This document shows, one piece after another, positions 18,593 through 27,850 of a stretch of 64,000 nucleotides of DNA. The stretch is taken from contig JAZFSZ010000115.1 in NCBI GenBank assembly GCA_036446455.1, positions 267 through 64,266 of the forward strand, in the 5' to 3' direction. The stretch is from Acidiferrobacterales bacterium (GTDB taxonomy: Bacteria > Pseudomonadota > Gammaproteobacteria > Acidiferrobacterales > JAJDNE01). The notes under the pieces are model-generated. The model did no database searches. It was given only the letters and a program-made list of their open reading frames with translations, and was not told the origin of the DNA. Made by a program: the position numbers and the translations under genes. The stretch's first letter is position 1. Every line of letters starts with the position of its first letter.

Positions 18593-21500
18593 ATGGTCAT
18601 CATGGATTCTAGTTTCAAATTGTTCCGCTGTCGAAGCGTACCGTTTTCTGTATTGATTTTGCTTTTCGTCGTGGTGCTGCATCCAGCCGTGGCAATGGCC
18701 GAGATAGCATTTATTCGGTCCGTTGATGATGGCGGTAAAGCAAAATATTTCAGGAAAATAAGCGGTCTTGCTCTGAACAAGGGCGATTCCGTGATCATCG
18801 CCGATGGTGGCACAGGCCGGCTGGTGACATTTACCGGCACTCGCCCAAAGGCATTATCGATAAGTGGCAAAGACAAACCCCTCAAGAACAAGAGCCTGGG
18901 CGGGCTGGCTATGACCGTCAAGGGAATGCTGCTGCTGGTCGCCAGTGGCGACAATCGAATTGTTGTGCTCGATAAAAAGCGAGCAGTAAAACTCATCATT
19001 GGTGGTTCCGGGGGGGCAGGAGAACTGAGTTCACCCGCTGCTATCGCCTATTCGGACAATGAGCGGTTCTATGTCGCTGACAAGGGACATAATCGTGTCG
19101 CCGTGTTTGGCCGTGATGGCGTGTTTCTTTACGCCTTTGGTGATCGTGGCAAGGACAGCCAGCGCCTGAGCCGCCCCACACATATCGGTGTGGATATAGA
19201 AGAACAAATCTATGTTCTGGAACGCGCCGATGGCGGGCGTGTCAGCGTGTTTGATCGCAGAGGCAACTTGCTGGGCCAGGTTAGCGCAAAAAAATTTAGA
19301 GATGGTGTATCACGTAGTACCAATTTTACCGCCATGACCGTAAACAGTGCGGGCCAGCTGTTTGTTGCCGATAGTGGCAATGGCAAACTGATCGAGCTCG
19401 ACTGGAAAAACGGCAAAGTCGTTTCGTCTTTTGGAAGTCGTGGCAAAGGTAGAGGGCAATTCAGGAAAATCAGCGCGTTGGCATTGTCAGAGGATGGTCG
19501 ACTGGCGATCGGTGACGACGGCAATCACAAGGTGGAAGTGTATCAGCTGACCCGGGTCGACAAGGATGAAGCCGAACGCGTAAAACTGCCCAACGTATCG
19601 CGCGGCCGGTTTCATCGCGCCGATTGCACTCGCGCCTATGCCATGCCGGGCGGTGACATACTGTGTGTGCACAAAGACAAGAAGAAAGTCAGTCGTCTGG
19701 ACAGCAATGGAAAGCTCAAGTTAGCGTTTGCGGCGACATTCAGGAAGCCGGTGGCGGCTGCATTTGATGATAAATCTGTCGTGGTGCTCGATGACCGATC
19801 GTTCAGGGTTTTTACGCACCAGGGAAAATTACGTTTCACTGCCGGGCGTAGCGGTTCGCGTGATGGCCAGTTCCGCAGCCCGCAGTCCGTGGCCATACGC
19901 GGTGGCCGCATCTATGTGGCCGATACCGGTAATCGTCGTATACAGGTATTTTCACGTGATGGCGTATTCCTGAGCAAGGTGGAAAATACAGCAGGTGCAC
20001 CGCCGTTATTTCGCAGACCCATTGCTGTCACCGTGGATTCTCAAGGCAATTTCTATGTGGCCGATGAGGAACTCAACAAGGTCAAAATATTTTCGGCCAG
20101 AAACAAACTGAAATACGAACTGGGTGGCGATGAAAAATCAACGGAACGTTTCACCCGACTTCGTGATATCTCAGTGGATGGTGACGACAATCTCTATGTG
20201 CTGGGCGCCATACCGGGCAATGCCCAGACCATACGTGTATACAGCGGGCCCGGACTCATTTTCCGCTTTGGAGCCGTTTCCAATAGCGGTGCCGGCACAG
20301 CAGATCCACAAAGTTTATCGGTGGTCTCCGCCCGTAAAACCACTGTCAGTGTTTACGACGCCAGGCGAAAGGGCCTGATCGATTTCCGTTTCCTGCAAGT
20401 ACCGGCGCGGGTCGGTGGCGTGGTGGTCGAGGGCGGGCTGGAACAGACCCGTATCAGCTGGCAGTCGGTTCCCGGTAGTTATATCGCCAAATACGCCATT
20501 TATGGCGCCACCAGCGGGGCCGGGCCGTTTAAACGTATTCGTACCAGTAAACATACCGAGACCACCATCAAGCACAACAGTGGTCAGCGCTATAGCCATT
20601 TTCGTGTTAGCGCAATTAGCGGTTTCGATGTCGAGGGGCTGGCAGCCAGAGCACAAAAAGATCTGTTTCAGGTGGGATACGCGAGCTTTGTCGATAAACA
20701 ATATGATCAGGCCATCAAGGTATTTGCCGAGACGCTGGAGACCAACCCCGACCATGCTTTTGCCATGGAATACGCTGGCCGCGCACTAGTTGCACTGGGG
20801 CGTTACCAGGAGTCGATACATTATTTTACTGAACTGGCCCAGCACAAAGGTTTTGAGTTGCGAGCCATTCGTTTGCATGCCGACGCGCTATTTCGTGCCA
20901 AGGAGTTTATTCAGGCCCGAGCGGTGTTGGATCGGGCGTTCGCGCACAAATATAGTTCAACAGAAGCTTACATTCTTTGTGGTGAGTTGAGCCTGAAGAT
21001 GGGTGATGCCATCGGTGCCGTCAACTGTCTGGAAAAAGCGTTGAAGCGCGACGCCAACAATGTCACTGCCCACTTTCTTCTGGGGCGGGCCTACGTGCAT
21101 GTCGGCGTGGTGGCAAAAGGTCTGGCGGAATATGACACTGCTGTAAAACTGGATCCCCGGAATGCCGATGTCTGGGTACAAAGCGGGCTGGCGTTTCAAT
21201 CACTCAAACGGCACAAGGATGCCATTACCCGATTCAACAAAGCGCTGGCTATCGACCGCCTGAATGCCGCTGCCCGCCAGGGTGTGGCCGAAAGCTATCT
21301 GGCCACCAGAAGGTATAACAAGGCACGCAGCATTGCGTTGTCGATGGCAGGCGATCCCAATCAGGAGGCGGCAGGCCACTACCTGATTGGTGTTATCGCC
21401 ATGGCCAAGGGCCAGAAAAACGAGGCCTTGCTTGCACTTAGCAAGGCCGGCCGTGCCAACCCGGATAGCGCCAGAATCTGGCTGGCCCTGGCTGACGTTT

Positions 21501-23599
21501 ATAGAAAAATCGGTGACGTCGCCAAGAGGGCGGATAGCCTGAAAAAAGCAGCCAAAGCAGAACCGGGGTCGTTTCAGACGCACTACCGTTTAGGCAGGCT
21601 GCAATTTCAGCGTGGGGATAACGAGGCGGCAATCGCAAGTCTTGAGCGTGCTGTCAGCCTTGAGCCCGGTAACTTCGAAACACGCTTCATGTTGGCAAAA
21701 ATCCAGTTTGATGATGAGCACTACCAACACGCCGGTCGCCATGCCAGGGAAGCGGCGAGGCTGAAACCGAAAAAATCCGGCCCCTTGATGTTGCTGGCTG
21801 ACATTGCCAATAAGCAGGGTAAAAACGGCGAGGCAATTGATCATCTCAAGTCAGCGATCAAGCTCAAGAAGACATCATCGCTGCTGCACACGAAGCTTGG
21901 CCGCATTTACTTCGAAAACAATATATTCGATCTGGCGCAAAAGGAGTTCGAGCGTGCCGCCCTGCTGGCACCGAGAAAGGCAGATCCCAAAGTTTTGCTC
22001 GGCCAACTCTATCTGGAGAAACACGAATTCGATGCGGCGATCAGGGTATTGAGTCAGGCGGTCAAGCTTGATCCCAGTGCTGACAACAAGCTTTTGCGTA
22101 ACACCGCTTATGCAGAAAAGAAAAAGTCACTGCAGTTCAAGGGCAATGCACCGCGCATCGTGATGGAGCAGCTGCGATTGCAACAGGTATTTTCGTCTGC
22201 CTACAAGCAATATGCCAATTCACCGGTGGGCACGGTCAAGGTGCGCAACATCAGTGGCGGTGACTACCAGAACCTGAGTCTTTCGTTTTATGTCAAGGGA
22301 TACATGGATTTTCCGACGACGAAGGATATTGCCGTACTCAAGGCGAATAGCGTTCAGGAGTTGCCGTTGTTGGCTTCGTTTAATAACAAGGTGCTTGAAA
22401 TTGACGAAGATACCGGTGTGCAGGTACAGCTCAAGCTGTCGTTTTTCCGTGATGGCAAGCGCGATTCCATTGAACTGACACAGCCGATGACCATTTACGG
22501 CAAGAACGCCATCGTGTGGTTGCGGTCAAACATGGTCGGTTCCTTTGTGACACCAAAGGATGACGTGTTGCATAACTTCATACGTAAGGGCATCAACGAA
22601 AACAGGCCGGATAATGGTCCCTTAAACCAGAACCTGGTGTCGGCCATGACCCTGTTCAATCTGTTGTCCACTCACGGTCTGCGCTACCAGGTGGACCCAA
22701 ACAGTCCCTATTCCAGACTGAAAACCAGGCAAGTGGACTACGTACAGTTTCCTCGTGAAACGCTGCGGCTAAAAAGCGGTGACTGCGATGACTTGTCGGT
22801 ACTCTATAGCGCCGGTCTTGAAAATCTCGGTATTGAAACCGCGTTTATCGATGTGCCCGGCCACCTGTTTCTGATGTTTAACACCGGCCTGCCTGTGGAC
22901 AAGCGCGATGCCATCAGTTTGCAGCAGGATCTGCTGGTCGAGCACAATGACACCATCTGGATACCGGTGGAGGCGACCATGATTTCGACCTCTTTTTCCG
23001 AGGCCTGGGCTGAAGGCGCAAGGAAATTCAAAACATGGCAGAAAAAAAAGCAGCTGAAGATCATATCAACGCGGCAAGCATGGGCCGACTATCAGCCGGT
23101 TACCTTGTCACCCGCCGACTATACTATAGAGGTACCGGCGAAGACGCAGGTGAGCCAGAAAGTCCATCGAGAGCTTGTGCGGTTGACTACCAAGAGTCTT
23201 GATCGACTGGTGACGCCATATCGGGCCATGGCCCGAAGTCAGGCCGATGACACCGAGGCACTGATGCAAATCGCCATCATTTATGCCAAATACGGTCTGT
23301 ACGGAGAAGCGATCGAGGAACTGGATGCAATCCTGAAGCGGGAGCCAAGACACAGTGCCGCCTACAACAACCGCGGCAATATCTACCTGGTACGCGAACA
23401 GTACGAGCGTGCGCTGGATGCCTATCGCTATGCCGAGAAACTTGACCCCACCGACGGCGGCATCAAAATCAATCTGGCGATGGCGTATTACAAAATTGGG
23501 AAGATTCATGAAGCGTCGGCCAAGTATCACGAGGCAACCCTGGCCGACAAGGCCATCGCCAGGGAATACGCCACCTTTGGTCAACTGCTAGCGAACTAG
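18593..23599 (+). CDS. very large secreted multidomain protein: NHL-repeat propeller(s) - FN3-like module - TPR array - transglutaminase-like core - TPR
   Basis: One 5-kb ORF. The signal peptide is FSVLILLFVVVLHPAVAMAE. There are at least 10 NHL-type repeats (FYVADKGHNRVAVFGRDG, LFVADSGNGKLIELD, IYVADTGNRRIQVFSRDG, FYVADEELNKVKIF). An FN3-like segment covers ~20400-20650. Many 34-aa TPR units follow. A GDCDD...PGHLF...IPVEAT core sits at ~22780-22975, followed by terminal TPRs. The start is ambiguous (ATG at 18566, 18593 or 18602). Confidence 0.75.
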   Translation: MVIMDSSFKLFRCRSVPFSVLILLFVVVLHPAVAMAEIAFIRSVDDGGKAKYFRKISGLALNKGDSVIIADGGTGRLVTFTGTRPKALSISGKDKPLKNKSLGGLAMTVKGMLLLVASGDNRIVVLDKKRAVKLIIGGSGGAGELSSPAAIAYSDNERFYVADKGHNRVAVFGRDGVFLYAFGDRGKDSQRLSRPTHIGVDIEEQIYVLERADGGRVSVFDRRGNLLGQVSAKKFRDGVSRSTNFTAMTVNSAGQLFVADSGNGKLIELDWKNGKVVSSFGSRGKGRGQFRKISALALSEDGRLAIGDDGNHKVEVYQLTRVDKDEAERVKLPNVSRGRFHRADCTRAYAMPGGDILCVHKDKKKVSRLDSNGKLKLAFAATFRKPVAAAFDDKSVVVLDDRSFRVFTHQGKLRFTAGRSGSRDGQFRSPQSVAIRGGRIYVADTGNRRIQVFSRDGVFLSKVENTAGAPPLFRRPIAVTVDSQGNFYVADEELNKVKIFSARNKLKYELGGDEKSTERFTRLRDISVDGDDNLYVLGAIPGNAQTIRVYSGPGLIFRFGAVSNSGAGTADPQSLSVVSARKTTVSVYDARRKGLIDFRFLQVPARVGGVVVEGGLEQTRISWQSVPGSYIAKYAIYGATSGAGPFKRIRTSKHTETTIKHNSGQRYSHFRVSAISGFDVEGLAARAQKDLFQVGYASFVDKQYDQAIKVFAETLETNPDHAFAMEYAGRALVALGRYQESIHYFTELAQHKGFELRAIRLHADALFRAKEFIQARAVLDRAFAHKYSSTEAYILCGELSLKMGDAIGAVNCLEKALKRDANNVTAHFLLGRAYVHVGVVAKGLAEYDTAVKLDPRNADVWVQSGLAFQSLKRHKDAITRFNKALAIDRLNAAARQGVAESYLATRRYNKARSIALSMAGDPNQEAAGHYLIGVIAMAKGQKNEALLALSKAGRANPDSARIWLALADVYRKIGDVAKRADSLKKAAKAEPGSFQTHYRLGRLQFQRGDNEAAIASLERAVSLEPGNFETRFMLAKIQFDDEHYQHAGRHAREAARLKPKKSGPLMLLADIANKQGKNGEAIDHLKSAIKLKKTSSLLHTKLGRIYFENNIFDLAQKEFERAALLAPRKADPKVLLGQLYLEKHEFDAAIRVLSQAVKLDPSADNKLLRNTAYAEKKKSLQFKGNAPRIVMEQLRLQQVFSSAYKQYANSPVGTVKVRNISGGDYQNLSLSFYVKGYMDFPTTKDIAVLKANSVQELPLLASFNNKVLEIDEDTGVQVQLKLSFFRDGKRDSIELTQPMTIYGKNAIVWLRSNMVGSFVTPKDDVLHNFIRKGINENRPDNGPLNQNLVSAMTLFNLLSTHGLRYQVDPNSPYSRLKTRQVDYVQFPRETLRLKSGDCDDLSVLYSAGLENLGIETAFIDVPGHLFLMFNTGLPVDKRDAISLQQDLLVEHNDTIWIPVEATMISTSFSEAWAEGARKFKTWQKKKQLKIISTRQAWADYQPVTLSPADYTIEVPAKTQVSQKVHRELVRLTTKSLDRLVTPYRAMARSQADDTEALMQIAIIYAKYGLYGEAIEELDAILKREPRHSAAYNNRGNIYLVREQYERALDAYRYAEKLDPTDGGIKINLAMAYYKIGKIHEASAKYHEATLADKAIAREYATFGQLLAN

Positions 23600-23634
23600 T
23601 GGTAGTTGTAAGGCTCGATAAAAAAGGAGGAAAT

Positions 23635-24198
23635 ATGAAAATTATCTGGGTTGCATTGCTTGTGGTTATCATGCCCCTGGCACAGACGGTTGCGGCGGAA
23701 AAATCGGGGGGAGAAGAATCGGGTGTGGTCATCCAGAAAGTTAAAAGTACTGGATCCTTTGAAGATGTGCTGCGAGAAATGTGGGGAAGGTTGCGGTCGA
23801 TGGTGCCAAAGATGGCATCAGATTCGCATGTAAGACGGACACAGATTGCTGGCGTTCGTGGTGCCGAGAGTACGGGTACCCTGCTCAAACCCTACTGGAA
23901 AGGAGACCGCACCCAGGATCTAGACTATCTCAAGGAGTTGGCGGTGTACCACGAGGTGCAGCAGCAGGCCGACAGCGGTGACTTCAGCGCCGCGGTCAAC
24001 GGTTTCAATCGCTTCATCAAGGTTTACCCGCAGAGTCGATTGCGCGCCAATGCGCAGTTCGGTCTCGGTCTGGCATATGTCGGGGTTGGCGCCAGACAAA
24101 AAAGTATTATTGCGCTGAACCAGTTTATTAAAGCCTATCCCAAACACCCGTTGAGTGCAGATGCCCTGGAAATGCTGTTGGTACTGGATAAAAGCTAG
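23635..24198 (+). CDS. small secreted TPR-like protein (YbgF/BamD-like C-terminal fold)
   Basis: ATG 23635 is preceded by AAGGAGG. The signal peptide is MKIIWVALLVVIMPLAQTVAA. The C-terminal half (FNRFIKVYPQSRLRANAQFGLGLAYVGVGARQKSIIALNQFIKAYPKHPLSADA) resembles YbgF-type TPR pairs. It starts 35 nt downstream of the giant ORF. Confidence 0.6.
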   Translation: MKIIWVALLVVIMPLAQTVAAEKSGGEESGVVIQKVKSTGSFEDVLREMWGRLRSMVPKMASDSHVRRTQIAGVRGAESTGTLLKPYWKGDRTQDLDYLKELAVYHEVQQQADSGDFSAAVNGFNRFIKVYPQSRLRANAQFGLGLAYVGVGARQKSIIALNQFIKAYPKHPLSADALEMLLVLDKS

Positions 24199-24230
24199 AA
24201 GTTGAAACTGACTACGATGGTCCTGGCCGA

Positions 24231-24866
24231 CTAGGCGACGTTGCTGCCAAGAAGTTTTTCCACGTCCCTTGTGCTGGCTCTGGGCATCGACCTGCCATCA
24301 ATCGGGCTTAATGGTTTTTCATGAAAACCGGACGGGGTAAAAATAAGCAGTTCAATCGAGATGTTTTCTGCCGTAAAAACATAGCCGGGCATTTCTTCGT
24401 GGCGATTACTGCCGTAGCGTAGGCGACGGCTGGTAGTCTCATACGGAATATTGTTATCCATCAGCTTTGCCGCCACGTGTTCCGGTGTATCGGCGCACAA
24501 GTGCAGCTGTATTTCACTGTTTTCTGTGACGGTGCCGCGCAATAACGCACCCACCAGCTTCGGCCGGAAATCCGCGAGAAAGTTCATTGCTTTCAAGGCC
24601 ACCCGGCGTCGTGTGGCCACGCGCTGAGACAATGACGTTGGTTGAAAGATATTCAGGTACTCGCGCAGGGCGTGTTCAATCTCATCATTGGATGGAAGAT
24701 GTTGGCGGTTGTGAATACTGAGCCGATCTGCGGCTTTCTGTTTTGCCAGCTGGTAATCATTAGTCCCTTCGGTAGCGAGAATTCGGGCGGCTTCGGTAGC
24801 GATATGTGATCGCGCGTGGCTGTTCGCACGACTGTTGTTGCCTGCCGGTTGTCGCCTCCGATCCAT
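24231..24866 (-). CDS. conserved hypothetical protein, weak nucleotidyltransferase-fold resemblance
   Basis: 211-aa ORF starting 2 nt after the PBP1A stop, so it is probably co-transcribed. LVGALLRGTVTENSEIQLHL resembles the Pol-beta-type NTase G[SG]-x9-13-DhD motif but with E/Q in the acidic positions. No firm family assignment. Confidence 0.4.
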   Translation of the reverse strand: MDRRRQPAGNNSRANSHARSHIATEAARILATEGTNDYQLAKQKAADRLSIHNRQHLPSNDEIEHALREYLNIFQPTSLSQRVATRRRVALKAMNFLADFRPKLVGALLRGTVTENSEIQLHLCADTPEHVAAKLMDNNIPYETTSRRLRYGSNRHEEMPGYVFTAENISIELLIFTPSGFHEKPLSPIDGRSMPRASTRDVEKLLGSNVA

Positions 24867-24868
24867 TG

Positions 24869-27694
24869 TTAAAACAGGCCTTCCAGACCCTGGTCCGGTT
24901 TGGGCCTGGTGTCGTCCTCGCCATCACCGGTCGATTTGCCAGTTTGCATAACCGCCCCTTTGGGTTCGGTGCCGGCGATAAAATACTCTTTGATGGGTTC
25001 GGGCTTGTCTATTTTATCCGGTTGCAGGGAGCCGTTGGCGTCCGTGGTGTCAGCCGACTCTGTAACTGCATCGGTCGACTCATCAGTGGTTTCTTCCTCA
25101 GACATGGCCTCAATTGCATCCTCGTCGGGTACCGGACCGACGTAATTTCCGGTTTCCGCATCGATCATGACAGAGACTATACCGTCAGGTTGATCCAGCG
25201 AGGTTTCGTCAATACCCTTCAGCGCCACACGCATGAAATCGATCCAGATCGGTAGCGCTGCCTTGGCGCCGGATTCATGGCGACCGAGTGGCGCTGGCTG
25301 ATCGAAACCGACCCAGGCCGTGGTGACAACATTACCGTTGAAACCGGAGAACCAGGCGTCACGAAACTCGTTCGTGGTACCGGTTTTGCCGGCGAGGTCA
25401 TTGCGTTTCAGCGCCAGTGCGCGGCGACCGGTACCGAACTTCACCACATCGCGCATGATAGATGTCATGATGAAAGCGTTTTCCGGTGAGATAACACGTG
25501 GTGCGTATCGCGGTCGGACCTCCTCGGGCTCACCGGCAGACCCTTGTTCCACCCCGGGCATCGTTGCCACCGGTTCGATCGGGGTGGCCAGTAACGATTC
25601 ATCGGGTTTGATTGGATCGGCAGTGGGTCTATCTTTCCTGCCGGCCAGCGGCTGTTTTTCATTGATCGAATCAACCGGGTCCCGGTGAGGCGCTTCTGTT
25701 TCTGGGCAGGCGGGACAAACACGTGTCGGGTTGGCCAGCTCCAGTATATTTCCTTCCGCATCTTCCACGCGGGTAATGAAATAGGGTTCGACGCGGTAAC
25801 CGCCACTGGCAAACACGGAAAACGCCGATACGACTTCCAGTGGCGTGAAAGAGGCGCTGCCCAGCGCCAGCGAAAGATTATTCGGAATTTTTTCCCTGCT
25901 GAATCCAAATCGTTGCAAATAGGAGACGGCATAGTTGGCCCCGATGGCACGCAGCAATCTTACCGATACCAGGTTCACGGATTTGGTCAGAGCAAGACGC
26001 AGTCGCGTTGGCCCATAGAATTTGCCGCTGTAATTCTCCGGTTTCCATTCCCCTTCCAGGTTCTTGTCTTCGATGACGATGGGTGCGCCACTAACGGTGC
26101 TGGCGGCGGTATATCCCTTGGCAATGGCGGCCGAGTAAATAAAAGGCTTGATATTGGATCCAGGTTGACGGTCCGCCTGGGTGATGCGGTTGAACTTGCT
26201 CTGGTTGAAATCGAAGCCTCCGGTCAGCGCCAGAATGGCGCCATCCTGGGGGCGAATCGAAACCAGGGCGCCGGCTACCTCCGGTATTTGTACCAGTTTC
26301 CAGCCAATTTCTGGTTGGTATTCAACATAAACCACATCGCCCGGCCGTAATATATCGCGCGCTTTCTTTGGCGGACGCCCCTGGTAATCACGGGTGCGAA
26401 AACGCTTGGCCCATTTCAGGCCTTCCCAGCCCAATTCCACGACATAGCCGTCCTGGGTGTAGGCGGCGGCATTGTGTTCACCAGTGACGAGAATAACAGC
26501 CGGGGAGAGTCCACCCACCGAGCGGTAATCCTTCAATGTTTCATCCAGAAAATCCTTATCGAGGATCTTGGCGAGTTTGACCCTCTGCACAGCACCGCGA
26601 TAACCGTGGCGCTCGTCGTAGGCGAGCAAGCCTTTGTGCACTGCGCGGTTTGCGGCATTCTGGTTTTCAGCAACGATGGTTGTGTACACATGAAAACCGC
26701 CAGCGTAAGTCTTCTCGGCGTAGGTCTTGTACATGTACTGGCGAACCATTTCGGCAACATAGGGGGCTTTGACGTCATATTCAAAGCGATGTTTGCTTGC
26801 CGTGATGGGCGCGGCTTGTATCTCTTTCAGCAATTCCCCGTTGATGTCCCCCAGTTTCGCCATGCGCGATAAAACATAGTTGCGGCGCTCAATGGCATTG
26901 TCGGGATTGCTGATGGGATTGTTGCGTGACGGTGCCTTGGGCAAAGCCGCCAGCATGGCCATTTCCTGCAACAATAATTCAGATAGTGATTTTCCGTAGT
27001 AGATTTGTGCCGCGGCGGCAAAACCGTAGGCACGATGGCCGAGGAAAATCTTGTTTATATAAAGCTCGAGAATCTCATTCTTGGAAAGAGCGTATTCAAT
27101 TTTGAACGCCAGCAAGACTTCCCGGAATTTTCGCGTCCAGGTCTTTTCCGGGCTGAGGAAAAAATTTCGCGCTACCTGCATGGTAATGGTACTGGCACCC
27201 TGTCGGCGGCCACCGGAACGCATATTGGCAATTATGGCGCGGGCAACACCGCGAAAATCGACACCCCGGTGATGAAAAAAATTGGCGTCTTCAGCCGCTA
27301 GAATGGCATTTACCAGTTCTTTTGGCACATCGTCCATAATCACCGGGATGCGCCTTTCCTCACCAAATTCACCGAGCAGCCTGCCCTCAACGGAATATAC
27401 CCGCATGGGCACATTCAGCCGTCCTTCTGCTATGTTTTCTATTGAAGGCAGGCCAGAAACGAGCACGATGACCATGATGAGTGCCATGAGCGTCCCCAGC
27501 GCACCCACGCCCATGAGGGCGTATAGAAGCAGCTGCTTGCGCGACATGCCGACAAAACCGTGTGCGGGATTTGGCGTTTGCTGGGGTGTGAGGGACGAAT
27601 CGGTGTGCCCTGATGACCGGCGCCGACGCCAGTTGCCAAATAGCCTTTTCATGCGTAACAGGTGTTTTTCCTTAGGGCGGCCTGGGAGTGGCAA
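24869..27694 (-). CDS. mrcA: penicillin-binding protein 1A (bifunctional glycosyltransferase/transpeptidase)
   Basis: GT51 motifs: AILAAEDANFFHHRGVD, GASTITMQVARNF and RKFREVLLAFKIE. Transpeptidase motifs: PGSNIKPF (SxxK), a SGN-type motif and KTGTTN. It has an acidic C-terminal tail. The start could be 27694 or the internal ATG at 27652. It is divergent from pilM, as in many gammaproteobacteria. Confidence 0.9.
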   Translation of the reverse strand: MPLPGRPKEKHLLRMKRLFGNWRRRRSSGHTDSSLTPQQTPNPAHGFVGMSRKQLLLYALMGVGALGTLMALIMVIVLVSGLPSIENIAEGRLNVPMRVYSVEGRLLGEFGEERRIPVIMDDVPKELVNAILAAEDANFFHHRGVDFRGVARAIIANMRSGGRRQGASTITMQVARNFFLSPEKTWTRKFREVLLAFKIEYALSKNEILELYINKIFLGHRAYGFAAAAQIYYGKSLSELLLQEMAMLAALPKAPSRNNPISNPDNAIERRNYVLSRMAKLGDINGELLKEIQAAPITASKHRFEYDVKAPYVAEMVRQYMYKTYAEKTYAGGFHVYTTIVAENQNAANRAVHKGLLAYDERHGYRGAVQRVKLAKILDKDFLDETLKDYRSVGGLSPAVILVTGEHNAAAYTQDGYVVELGWEGLKWAKRFRTRDYQGRPPKKARDILRPGDVVYVEYQPEIGWKLVQIPEVAGALVSIRPQDGAILALTGGFDFNQSKFNRITQADRQPGSNIKPFIYSAAIAKGYTAASTVSGAPIVIEDKNLEGEWKPENYSGKFYGPTRLRLALTKSVNLVSVRLLRAIGANYAVSYLQRFGFSREKIPNNLSLALGSASFTPLEVVSAFSVFASGGYRVEPYFITRVEDAEGNILELANPTRVCPACPETEAPHRDPVDSINEKQPLAGRKDRPTADPIKPDESLLATPIEPVATMPGVEQGSAGEPEEVRPRYAPRVISPENAFIMTSIMRDVVKFGTGRRALALKRNDLAGKTGTTNEFRDAWFSGFNGNVVTTAWVGFDQPAPLGRHESGAKAALPIWIDFMRVALKGIDETSLDQPDGIVSVMIDAETGNYVGPVPDEDAIEAMSEEETTDESTDAVTESADTTDANGSLQPDKIDKPEPIKEYFIAGTEPKGAVMQTGKSTGDGEDDTRPKPDQGLEGLF

Positions 27695-27850
27695 ATCAGA
27701 GCCAATTCAGGCGCCCAAGTATAATGCGAAAGCCTCTGAAACTTAAAGCATATTTGGTTATTTGGTTTGTCATCGTCTATATTTGGAGGTAGTATTTCAT
27801 CTATAGGTGCATGTATCTATCATAACTAATTGATTTATAAGGAAGATCAA

